A program made the translations under genes and the position numbers. This document shows positions 31,408-39,721 of a stretch of DNA of 64,000 nt, in pieces. Each line of letters starts with the position of its first letter. Position 1 is the stretch's first letter. The notes under the pieces are model-generated. The model ran no database searches. It saw nothing but the letters and a program-made list of their open reading frames with translations, and was not told where the DNA came from. The stretch is from sequence record DRR378314_656. The stretch is one strand, 5' to 3'.

Positions 31408-31481
31408 GGCAAGTTTCTGGGAGGAAACGCTGCAAACGGTGGAAGGCGCGGAAGCTGGTGGAAGCTCTCCGCGCCTTTTTT
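31408..31481 (+). ncRNA. Candidate sRNA with GGGAGGAAACG motif and intrinsic terminator
   Basis: TTGACA at 31374-31379 with A/T-rich upstream tract; stem AAGGCGCGGA/TCCGCGCCTT plus T run ending 31481; 5' end approximate. Confidence 0.6.
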
Positions 31482-31484
31482 CAT

Positions 31485-31583
31485 TTCCGGTAATCAAGAG
31501 AGTCCACCGAGGCGACCCAGAGCAACGGCTCAGGTGAGGTAGGGGGCGTTTTAGACATTGACCCCGGGCCGCCTCGGCTTCTT
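31485..31583 (-). ncRNA. Candidate hairpin sRNA with CU-rich loop
   Basis: Minus-strand promoter TTGACG-N16-TATTGT (-35 at 31611-31616); about 21-bp stem with G-U pairs valid only on minus strand; loop CCCCCUACCUCACCU; ends approximate. Confidence 0.5.
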
Positions 31584-31601
31584 GAATAACAATATGCATT
31601 T

Positions 31602-31637
31602 ATCGAAAAACGTCAATCAAAATTATCGTTTTTCGAT
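31602..31637. promoter_or_regulatory. Perfect 11-bp inverted repeat (operator candidate)
   Basis: ATCGAAAAACG-N14-CGTTTTTCGAT overlapping the minus-strand -35 element. Confidence 0.55.
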
Positions 31638-31777
31638 TAAATAATTTTCATGGTTCAAGATAGCTTCACTCAAGTCCGTTTCGGAAAGGGGGCTGCTGCC
31701 AGCCCGTGTGTTGACTTCGCCAGGCGGCGCGGCCAAGCGTTGACCAAATCAGATTTTGCGAACGCATGGGAGTTATC

Positions 31778-32965
31778 ATGAGCGATCCGCGCCAGCACAT
31801 CATGCCTGTCTACCGGCCACCGGAAGAAGTTTTCGAGAAGGGAGAGGGTCCATACCTCTTCACCGAAAGCGGTACGCGATATCTCGACTTCATTGCAGGC
31901 ATTGCTGTCAACGCCCTTGGTCATTCGCATCCGGCCATGGTCGACGCGCTGAAAGGTCAGGCGGAAAAGCTGTGGCACACCTCCAACATGTTCCGCGTGC
32001 GGGGGGCCGAAGAACTGGCCGACAAGATTTGCCGGGACACGTTCGCAGACCGGGTCTTTTTCACCAATTCCGGCACTGAAGCGGTTGAGTGCGCCATCAA
32101 GTCTGCCCGGAAATATCATTGGGCGAACGGCAATGAAGAGCGCATCGACATCATCACCTTCACCGGTGCATTTCACGGTCGTTCACTCGGCGCCATCAAT
32201 GCTGGTGGTAACCCGAATTACCTTCAGGGCTTTGGTCCGAAGCTGCCGGGCTTTGTGCATTTGGAATGGGGTGACCATGACGCGCTGAAAGCCGCAGCGG
32301 CGCAGCCGACGACAGCGGCGGTGTTCGTCGAACCGGTACAGGGTGAGGGCGGTGTCCGCGCCATGCCGGATGCCTGCCTGAAGGGCCTTCGTGAACTGTG
32401 CGACGAACACGGCATCCTGCTGATTTATGATGAAGTCCAGTGTGGCATGGGGCGGACCGGAAAACTGTTCGCTCACGAATGGGTAGACGGCGCCGCGCCC
32501 GACATTCTCTGCTCGGCCAAGGGCATCGGTGGAGGCTTCCCGTTCGGCGCCTGCCTGACAACGGAAACCGTCGGCGAACACATGCAACCGGGCAGCCACG
32601 GCTCCACCTATGGCGGCAACCCGCTGGCGATGGCGGTTGGCAATGTCGTTTGGGATATTATTTCTGATGAAGATTTCCTCGCCGAAGTACGCCGCGTTTC
32701 GGCTACGTTGACCCAGGGGCTGAAGAGCCTGGCCGACAGTCATCCGGACAAGGTCGAGGCCGTAACCGGCAAGGGCTTGCTTACCGGCCTGAAGATGAAG
32801 GCGAACCCGAAAAGCTTGCAAGGTGTCTGCCGCGACAAGAATCTGCTTGTCGGCGTGGCTGGCAATAACGTGCTGCGCTTGGCCCCACCGCTTGTCATTA
32901 CGGATGAACATGTCCGCGAAGCCACCCAGATCATGGATGCCGCGCTTTCCGAATGGGATATGTAG
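31778..32965 (+). CDS. argD: Acetylornithine aminotransferase
   Basis: YLDFIAGIAVNALGH, FFTNSGTEA, FHGRS, EPVQGEGG, DEVQCGMGRTG, HGSTYGGNPLA. Confidence 0.92.
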   Translation: MSDPRQHIMPVYRPPEEVFEKGEGPYLFTESGTRYLDFIAGIAVNALGHSHPAMVDALKGQAEKLWHTSNMFRVRGAEELADKICRDTFADRVFFTNSGTEAVECAIKSARKYHWANGNEERIDIITFTGAFHGRSLGAINAGGNPNYLQGFGPKLPGFVHLEWGDHDALKAAAAQPTTAAVFVEPVQGEGGVRAMPDACLKGLRELCDEHGILLIYDEVQCGMGRTGKLFAHEWVDGAAPDILCSAKGIGGGFPFGACLTTETVGEHMQPGSHGSTYGGNPLAMAVGNVVWDIISDEDFLAEVRRVSATLTQGLKSLADSHPDKVEAVTGKGLLTGLKMKANPKSLQGVCRDKNLLVGVAGNNVLRLAPPLVITDEHVREATQIMDAALSEWDM

Positions 32966-34170
32966 GTCTTCGATACAGCCTCGCGGCAATCCTTCTGTCA
33001 GGATGCGCACATGTTGCACCCCTGACGCCTGTTCAGCAGGAAACGCTGGCAGACGCGACCGAGCTGTGCGCACTCGTCCGTGAGGAATACATATATTTTG
33101 CGGAACGTAAGACCGGTTGGGATGCCGCTTGTGGCAACCTGTCCGCGATGATCGCGCCGGTCACCGATAGGGCGGAGCAATTGAGCGCGCTCGAGACGCT
33201 GACAGATGCCCTGTTTGATCCGCACATATCCTTTGGCACCAATTCGGCCGTGTCACCGCGTCTCGTTCCGTCTGGCTCGGACTATTGGCTGGATGGCACA
33301 CGTGTTGTGGCGGTGCGACAGGGCAGTGCGGCTGCCAAGGCTGACTTGCGCATAGGCGATATTGTTGTCGCCGTGAATGGCATGGTGCCTGAGGACGCCC
33401 TGCGAGCCCGGCTTCAACCGGCGGGAGTCCCCTATAGTGCTGAACAGGAATCCTGGGCGCTGAACGCTGCGGCCGCAGGATACTGGAACGTGCCGCGATC
33501 CGTAACTGTGTCCCGTGCGGACGGTTTGGAAACGCTCTCTCTGACAGACGAGCCTTCGGGTGAAGAGATTGCGCCCCTGTCGGCGACGATGCTCGGCAGT
33601 TCCATCGGATACATCCGGTTTCACGATTCTCTCGGCGATTCTGACACTGTGGCAGCGTTCGATACCGCGATGAACACGTTGAAAAACGCACAATTCTGGA
33701 TCATCGATTTGCGCGACACGCCCGGCGGGGGCAGTACGGATGTCGCTGAGCCAATCCTCGGGCGGTTTCTCGCTGAGCCTGCTGAGTATCAGCGAATACG
33801 GCCTGCGGATGCGCCGGAATGGACCAAGATATCCGAGCCATATGGCGACTGGACCGCTGAGGGACCCGTCGCGGTTCTTGTGGGACGCTGGACCGGAAGC
33901 ATGGGAGAAGGGCTCGCGATCGGGTTCGATGGCACGGGGCGCGGAGATGTGTTCGGCAGCGATATGGCGCGGCTGGCGGGCGGTGTTGACGAGTTCAAAT
34001 TGAGCCAGACTGGTTTCTCTATCCGAATACCGACTTACGACCTCGCACACATGAACGGAACGCCCCGTCACGAATGGTCTCCACCGTATCCGGTATTGGC
34101 GGACAATGGTGAGGGACCGGATCTGGCCCTCTTGGCTGCAAGAGACTGGTTCACCACATTCGAGCAGTGA
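32953..34170 (+). CDS. S41 family peptidase, probable lipoprotein
   Basis: Lipobox LSGC, PDZ-like segment, IIDLRDTPGGG, TGSMGE. Confidence 0.8.
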   Translation: MGYVGLRYSLAAILLSGCAHVAPLTPVQQETLADATELCALVREEYIYFAERKTGWDAACGNLSAMIAPVTDRAEQLSALETLTDALFDPHISFGTNSAVSPRLVPSGSDYWLDGTRVVAVRQGSAAAKADLRIGDIVVAVNGMVPEDALRARLQPAGVPYSAEQESWALNAAAAGYWNVPRSVTVSRADGLETLSLTDEPSGEEIAPLSATMLGSSIGYIRFHDSLGDSDTVAAFDTAMNTLKNAQFWIIDLRDTPGGGSTDVAEPILGRFLAEPAEYQRIRPADAPEWTKISEPYGDWTAEGPVAVLVGRWTGSMGEGLAIGFDGTGRGDVFGSDMARLAGGVDEFKLSQTGFSIRIPTYDLAHMNGTPRHEWSPPYPVLADNGEGPDLALLAARDWFTTFEQ

Positions 34171-34197
34171 AACGGGCGGGGCATCCAGAAAGAGGAC

Positions 34198-35022
34198 ATG
34201 GACATGACAAAGCTTCGCGTAGGGTGCGCCCAGCTTCGGACGGGCGTTGAGATTGAGGCGAACATTGATCACGCCTCGGCCCTGATCCGTGAGGCGGCGG
34301 GGAAGGGTGCGCGTTTCATCGCAACGCCGGAGATGACCAATCTTCTGGACATTCGCCCCGGCATGGCGCGGCCCAAGATCATTGCCGAGTCAGATGACAA
34401 GACGCTGGCAGCGCTCCGTGCGCTGGCGGATGAATTGGGTATATGGCTGTTGATCGGGTCCATTGCCGTGACGGTGGAGGGCGAAGAACGGCTGGCCAAC
34501 CGGTCATTCCTGATCGCGCCCGATGGCACCATCCGCGCGCGCTATGACAAGATCCACATGTTCGATGTCGATGTGGATGACGGGCAGAGCTATCGCGAAA
34601 GCCGGTCCTATCGTCCGGGCGAGCGCGCCGTGCTGGCGGAGACAGAGTTTGGCAAGCTTGGCATGACAATCTGCTATGACGTCCGCTTCCCACATCTCTA
34701 TCGCAAGCTTGCGCAGGCGGGCGCGGAAATCCTCACCATCCCGGCCGCATTCACGCGCGTGACGGGCGAGGCGCACTGGCACACGCTGGTTCGGGCGCGC
34801 GCCATAGAGACCGGCAGTTTTGTCCTCGCGCCTGCGCAGGGCGGGAAGCACGAGGATGGCCGCGAGACCTTCGGCCACTCCCTGATCGTTTCGCCTTGGG
34901 GAGACGTGCTGGCGGAGAAGGCAGATGATGAGCCGGGTGTGATCGTGGCGGACATCGATCTGGATGCCGTGGCGAAAGCGCGGGCGCGCATCCCTTCGCT
35001 CGGGAATGATCGGAAACTCTGA
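34198..35022 (+). CDS. Carbon-nitrogen hydrolase (Nit1/deaminated glutathione amidase-like)
   Basis: TPE, YDKIHMFDV, ICYDVRFP, RARAIET, GHSLIVSPWG. Confidence 0.9.
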   Translation: MDMTKLRVGCAQLRTGVEIEANIDHASALIREAAGKGARFIATPEMTNLLDIRPGMARPKIIAESDDKTLAALRALADELGIWLLIGSIAVTVEGEERLANRSFLIAPDGTIRARYDKIHMFDVDVDDGQSYRESRSYRPGERAVLAETEFGKLGMTICYDVRFPHLYRKLAQAGAEILTIPAAFTRVTGEAHWHTLVRARAIETGSFVLAPAQGGKHEDGRETFGHSLIVSPWGDVLAEKADDEPGVIVADIDLDAVAKARARIPSLGNDRKL

Positions 35023-35052
35023 CGGCATCACACCTTACTACTGAAGAGTATA

Positions 35053-35382
35053 TTACTCACAGCCAATTCCATCATTGTCTCGGTCAAGGTGAGGGCCATA
35101 GCCTGGATCACCCCGACGTACGGGGGCCGCACCTGCGGCGCGTGCTTCCGAGCAATTGCGGAAGGCCCTAACCTGTGGGGCGGGCGGCAAAGTATTCGTG
35201 GTCGCGCGTTGAGGTCTGGGCGCTGGGGTGGCTGAGGATGAGGATGTTTTGCCATGACAATGGTAGTCACCTGTTTTGCGATTTGAGTGACATCCTTGCG
35301 CATTGAGCCCGCCACCATGAGCAAGGGCCTCTCCCGCGGTTGGCAGTAGCATCAACAGAATTGCAGGTAACAGTCTACGCAT
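35053..35382 (-). CDS. Secreted YHYH-type plus excalibur Ca-binding domain protein
   Basis: Signal peptide, HGGGLNAQGCH...YHCH, FRNCSEARAAG...DRDNDGIGCE. Confidence 0.85.
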   Translation of the reverse strand: MRRLLPAILLMLLPTAGEALAHGGGLNAQGCHSNRKTGDYHCHGKTSSSSATPAPRPQRATTNTLPPAPQVRAFRNCSEARAAGAAPVRRGDPGYGPHLDRDNDGIGCE

Positions 35383-35463
35383 CAGTCTATTCCTCCGAAA
35401 ACGGAGAATACCTCATCGTGCGCAATCATCGGTTAAAAGTGAACCGCAAATTTTTGGTGCAGG

Positions 35464-36612
35464 TTAGCGCCCCAGCCGCCGCCGGAACTCCTCATAGCCG
35501 AAATCGGACAGGCTCTCGATGATGCCGTCTTCCCAGCGCACCGCGAGGTTTGCCAGCGGCGTGCCGTTGAACGTGTTCGTCTTGACGAAGGAGTAATGCA
35601 TCTGGTCGGTGAAGATGATCGTGTCGCCGGGTTTCAGCGGGGCGTCGAAGGAATATTCTCCGATCACGTCACCCGTCATGCAGGTCTTGCCGCCGAAACG
35701 ATAAGTGTGTGCCTTCTGGCCGGGCTGGCCCGCGCCGATCACGTCTGGCCGGTAGGGCACTTCCAGCACGTCCGGCATATGGGTCGAGGCGGACGCGTCG
35801 AGGATTGCCAGATCGACTTCGTTCCAGTGCAGGGCGAGGACGGTGGCGTAAAGTTCACCCGTATTGACGACAAGGCCGGCGCCCGGCTCCAGAACAACCT
35901 CGACGCCAAAGCGCGCCTTAAACGCCTTGATGGCCGCAATCAGGGCGTCAACATCATAGCCATCCTTGTTGAGGAAGTGTCCTCCGCCGAAATTCACGGT
36001 ACTGACCTGTTCAATGTATTGCCCGAAATTGTCGGCCACGAATTCGATCAGTCCGACAGAGCCTTCGTGCAGGCTCTCGCACAGGGCGTGGACGTGGAAG
36101 ATGTCGATGCCGGACCAGTCAACCTGGTCCAGCTTTGAAGGCACTTCGCCGAACCGGCTTCCGGGCGCACACGGATTGTACAGGTCGCCGCCGAGCGTCG
36201 CATTGGAATAGCCGGGATTGACGCGTAGGCCGACTTTGGCGCCGGCATTGCGGGCAATGTCCGCGAACCGGTCCAACTGTTCGAGGGAGTTGAAATAGAT
36301 GTGCTCGGCCACTTCGGTCAGGCGTTCCACCTCGGCCTGCGTGTAGGCCGGCGAGTAGACATGCACTTCCTTGCCGAAGCTCTCATGCCCCATGATGGCT
36401 TCCTGCTCTCCGCTCGCCGTGGTGCCGTCCAGATAGTCGGTCATCATCGGGAAGGCGGCGGGCAGGGAGAACGCTTTCGTTGCCAGCAGGATCTTGCACC
36501 CGGCTTCCTCGCGCACACGTTTCGCCGTTTCCAGGTTCGCGCGCAGGCGCGCCGCGTCCAGCACGAAAACTGGCGTCGGAATATGCTCGGGAAGGGGGGC
36601 AGGTTGGGTCAT
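35464..36612 (-). CDS. nspC: Carboxy(nor)spermidine decarboxylase
   Basis: ILLATKAF, HVYSPAY, YNPCAPGSRFG, HMPDVLEVPY, CMTGDVIG, KTNTFNG. Confidence 0.92.
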   Translation of the reverse strand: MTQPAPLPEHIPTPVFVLDAARLRANLETAKRVREEAGCKILLATKAFSLPAAFPMMTDYLDGTTASGEQEAIMGHESFGKEVHVYSPAYTQAEVERLTEVAEHIYFNSLEQLDRFADIARNAGAKVGLRVNPGYSNATLGGDLYNPCAPGSRFGEVPSKLDQVDWSGIDIFHVHALCESLHEGSVGLIEFVADNFGQYIEQVSTVNFGGGHFLNKDGYDVDALIAAIKAFKARFGVEVVLEPGAGLVVNTGELYATVLALHWNEVDLAILDASASTHMPDVLEVPYRPDVIGAGQPGQKAHTYRFGGKTCMTGDVIGEYSFDAPLKPGDTIIFTDQMHYSFVKTNTFNGTPLANLAVRWEDGIIESLSDFGYEEFRRRLGR

Positions 36613-37014
36613 TCAGTCTGATCCTGAGGATGGCGGGTCCACCGGCCGGGGGCGGCCATCCTCATCGACAGCCACCATGGTGAAGCGCGCTTCAGTCACC
36701 TTTTCTCGGACGGCCGTCAAGGCACGACGCGCCCATGTTTCGATGCGGATGACCATAGAGGTTCGCCCGACTTTTTCCACTTCTGTGTAGACGCAGAGTG
36801 TATCGCCGATCTGGACCGGTTTCTTGAAGATGATTTCATTCGCCGCAATCGTGACGGTGCGCCCATTGCAACGCTCATTGGCGCGCACGGCGGCGGCCAA
36901 ATCCATCTGTGACATCACCCAGCCGCCGAAGATGTCACCCGCGGCATTGGCGTCGGCGGGCATGGCGAGTGTGCGCAGGGTCAGTTCCATGCCGGGCGGT
37001 GTATGCGATTCCAT
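36613..37014 (-). CDS. Acyl-CoA thioesterase (YciA-like)
   Basis: MPADANAAGDIFGGWVMSQMD, VGRTSM. Confidence 0.9.
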   Translation of the reverse strand: MESHTPPGMELTLRTLAMPADANAAGDIFGGWVMSQMDLAAAVRANERCNGRTVTIAANEIIFKKPVQIGDTLCVYTEVEKVGRTSMVIRIETWARRALTAVREKVTEARFTMVAVDEDGRPRPVDPPSSGSD

Positions 37015-37130
37015 GAGGGTGTCCTTGTGTCGGCGTTTTGCTGCCGGGACAGATAGGACACCCAAAGGCATGCAAAAACACATGATTACGCATACGCGCG
37101 TTGCGGGGATGCGTGGGTCAGCGAACTTAG

Positions 37131-37146
37131 TTCAACAGGTCTTGAA
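37131..37146. promoter_or_regulatory. Probable ArsR operator
   Basis: TTCAA-N6-TTGAA inverted repeat about 30 nt upstream of ArsR gene. Confidence 0.45.
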
Positions 37147-37176
37147 ATAACTAAAAAACTAGATATATAGATCCGT

Positions 37177-37506
37177 ATGAACGACGAGATAGCCTCTTCT
37201 GCCTTCGCGGCCCTTGGCCACCCCAATCGCATTCGCGTGCTGCGTATGTTGGTGCGAGCGGGGCCGGATGGACTGACCGTAACCTCTCTACGGGAGCGGC
37301 TCGGCGTTCCGGCCACAACCTTTGCCCATCATTTGAAAGCCTTGGCAGAGGCAAAGCTGGTCATTCAGGACAAGCGTGGACGGGAGCTTTATTCCACCGC
37401 GAACTATCCGCTCATTCGCGATCTGGCGTCCTTCCTGATGGTGGAATGCTGCGTTGATTCTGCCTGTCCCCCTCAAATCATGGAAACCGAAAAGAACCTC
37501 TCATGA
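37177..37506 (+). CDS. arsR: ArsR/SmtB family regulator (C-terminal CC type)
   Basis: FAALGHPNRIRV, HHLKAL, ECC...C. Confidence 0.85.
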   Translation: MNDEIASSAFAALGHPNRIRVLRMLVRAGPDGLTVTSLRERLGVPATTFAHHLKALAEAKLVIQDKRGRELYSTANYPLIRDLASFLMVECCVDSACPPQIMETEKNLS

Positions 37507-37946
37507 AACGCCTTCATATCCACGTCCGTGCGGCGGATCTCCTTGCCAGCAAGCAATTCTACACAGCGCTGTTTGGCGCGGCGCCCATCGTGTCAAAGCC
37601 TGACTATGTCAAATGGATGCTCGATGATCCGCGGATCAATTTCGCCGTCAGTTCAATGGAGGGCAATGCGCCCGGCATTGACCATCTTGGCATTCAGGTC
37701 GAAAGCGACGACGAACTCTCCGAGGTTAATGACAGCCTGCGCGCGGCGGAACAATCCACCGTGGCGGAGCCGGGTGCGCATTGTTGTTATGCGAATGGCA
37801 ACAAACACTGGGCACGTGACCCACAAGGTGTGGTCTGGGAAATGTTCCACACGATGGGCGCCGCCACGACATATGGCGACACACGGGTCGAGTTGGACGC
37901 GGCAGCGATGGATGCCGCGCCCAAATCAGATGCGTGCTGTGGCTAA
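37503..37946 (+). CDS. ArsI/CadI family VOC metalloenzyme
   Basis: RLHIHV, KWMLDDPRINFA, HLGIQV, CCYA, DPQGVVWE, C-terminal CC. Confidence 0.88.
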   Translation: MKRLHIHVRAADLLASKQFYTALFGAAPIVSKPDYVKWMLDDPRINFAVSSMEGNAPGIDHLGIQVESDDELSEVNDSLRAAEQSTVAEPGAHCCYANGNKHWARDPQGVVWEMFHTMGAATTYGDTRVELDAAAMDAAPKSDACCG

Positions 37947-39160
37947 GTCTCGACTGCGAACAGGTCTTCCTGGTCGCCGCCGTCCACATCAATGACGTGC
38001 CAGGGCAGGCCGCGCTGGGCGACATCTTCCAGGAAGGGCTTGGCCGGGAATTGTTCGACATTGAACACGCCGTGACCGCTCCATTCGCCACGGAAGAACA
38101 TGGCTGCGCCGGAAACCGGCGGCACACCCGTCGTGTACGATACCGCCTGCGCTGAGACCTCATCATTGGTCTTGGCGTGGTCGGAGACGTTGTAGATCAT
38201 CTTGGAGACCGGCTGGCCGTCTTTCGTGCCCCGCAGGATGACGCCGATCGACGTCTTGCCGGTATAGTTCTCGGCCAGCGAGGAAGGCGGCGGCAGCAAG
38301 TCCTTCAGGAATTCCATCGGGATGATGTCCATGCCCTTGTGCTTGATCGGCTCCAGACCGATCAGGCCGATGGATTTGAACACTTCAAGGTGCTTGATGT
38401 AGGCCTCGCCAAAGGTCATCCAGAAGCGGATCTGCTTCAGGCCCTTGATGTGCTTGACCAGGCTTTCCTCTTCCTCGTGATAGATCAGGTAAGAGGCTTT
38501 CGGGCCAACTTCCGGATAGTCGATCATCGTCTTGATCGACAGGGCAGGGATCTCGATCCACTCGCCATCTTTCCAGTATTTGCCGTCCTGCGTCACTTCG
38601 CGGAGATTGATCTCCGGATTGAAGTTGGTCGCAAACGTCTTGCCGTGGTCGCCGGCGTTGCAGTCCACAATGTCGATGAATTCGATCTCGTCGAACAGGC
38701 CTTCCTGCTGGGCATAGGCACAATAGATATTGGTCACGCCCGGATCGAACCCGCAGCCGAGGATGGCGGTCAGGCCAGCCTCCTTGAAACGGTCCTGATA
38801 GGCCCACTGCCAGGAGTATTCGAATTTGGCGACATCGCGCGGCTCATAGTTCGCGGTGTCCATGTAATTGCAGCCGGCTTCGAGACAGGCATCCATGATC
38901 GGCAGGTCCTGGTAAGGCAGGGCCATGTTGATCAGCAGGTCCGGCTTCACCTTGTTGATGAGCGCGACAACCTCTTCAACATTGTCGGCATCAACCTGGC
39001 TGATCTCGATCGGTGTCTGGCAGAGCTTGGCCACTTTCTCGCAGCTCTCGATACGGCGCGAGGCAAGATGGATGTGTTTGAACGTGTCGCGGTCCATCGC
39101 GCATTTCTGGGCGACGACGGATCCGGCGGCACCGGCACCGATGATGAGAACATTGTCCAT
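37943..39160 (-). CDS. Saccharopine dehydrogenase family / carboxy(nor)spermidine dehydrogenase
   Basis: IIGAGAAG, ALPYQDLPIMDAC, DTANYE, GCGFDPG, FATNFNPEINLRE; near nspC. Confidence 0.9.
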   Translation of the reverse strand: MDNVLIIGAGAAGSVVAQKCAMDRDTFKHIHLASRRIESCEKVAKLCQTPIEISQVDADNVEEVVALINKVKPDLLINMALPYQDLPIMDACLEAGCNYMDTANYEPRDVAKFEYSWQWAYQDRFKEAGLTAILGCGFDPGVTNIYCAYAQQEGLFDEIEFIDIVDCNAGDHGKTFATNFNPEINLREVTQDGKYWKDGEWIEIPALSIKTMIDYPEVGPKASYLIYHEEEESLVKHIKGLKQIRFWMTFGEAYIKHLEVFKSIGLIGLEPIKHKGMDIIPMEFLKDLLPPPSSLAENYTGKTSIGVILRGTKDGQPVSKMIYNVSDHAKTNDEVSAQAVSYTTGVPPVSGAAMFFRGEWSGHGVFNVEQFPAKPFLEDVAQRGLPWHVIDVDGGDQEDLFAVET

Positions 39161-39244
39161 GAGTGATGAGACTCCCTGTCTGGATGGGCACTGATCTGCC
39201 CGTCACATAGGGCAAACAGCGTGTGTTCGCCAGTACAGATCTGC

Positions 39245-39335
39245 GGGGAGCCGGGGGAGGGGAATGCCGCAGCGCAGGAGAGCGAAGGGGGGAGGAAACG
39301 AGGTGGGCAAACCTCGCCCCGCGCTGCGGCAAAGC
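39245..39335 (-). ncRNA. Candidate 3'-UTR structured RNA with CU-rich seed
   Basis: Stem GCCGCAGCGC/GCGCUGCGGC enclosing CGUUUCCUCCCCCC, followed by AUUCCCCUCCCCC; directly after small-ORF stop. Confidence 0.5.
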
Positions 39336-39339
39336 AGGA

Positions 39340-39531
39340 TCAGGCGGCTTGCCTGTGAACGTCGAGGCGAGAGATTTCCTCGCTGAGCCAGGTATAGTGC
39401 TGCTCAACGCGATTGATCATCGTGTCGGTTGTGTCCGGTCGCTCCGTTAACTCGTTCCGCCACGCTTCCAGCACGCTCTTCTGGCTTTTCAGCCAGCACA
39501 GCATGGCGGCATCATCGATCGGCAGGCACAT
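39340..39531 (-). CDS. Small hypothetical protein (63 aa; 67 aa if started at 39543)
   Basis: MCLPIDDAAMLCWLKSQ...HRQAA; GGAG 6 nt before ATG at 39531. Confidence 0.7.
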   Translation of the reverse strand: MCLPIDDAAMLCWLKSQKSVLEAWRNELTERPDTTDTMINRVEQHYTWLSEEISRLDVHRQAA

Positions 39532-39550
39532 GGGACGCTCCATCAGTTAT

Positions 39551-39611
39551 TTGCGAGTCGTTCTCAAAACTCTTGTTTCACACCTTGCGGCCTCTTGCAA
39601 GTCATTCTCAA
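39551..39611. promoter_or_regulatory. Two Fur-type boxes
   Basis: TTGCGAGTCGTTCTCAA (39551-39567) and TTGCAAGTCATTCTCAA (39595-39611); resemble the Caulobacter-type alphaproteobacterial Fur box as recalled. Confidence 0.72.
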
Positions 39612-39721
39612 TTAGATTTCGTCCATGTTTGAGGATTCAGGGTGAAATCCCCCGCCGTCACTGGAATAATTGTTCAAAACGGAGTATCTGGCCCGCTTTC
39701 CCGTTTCAGGAGTTTCTCTGA

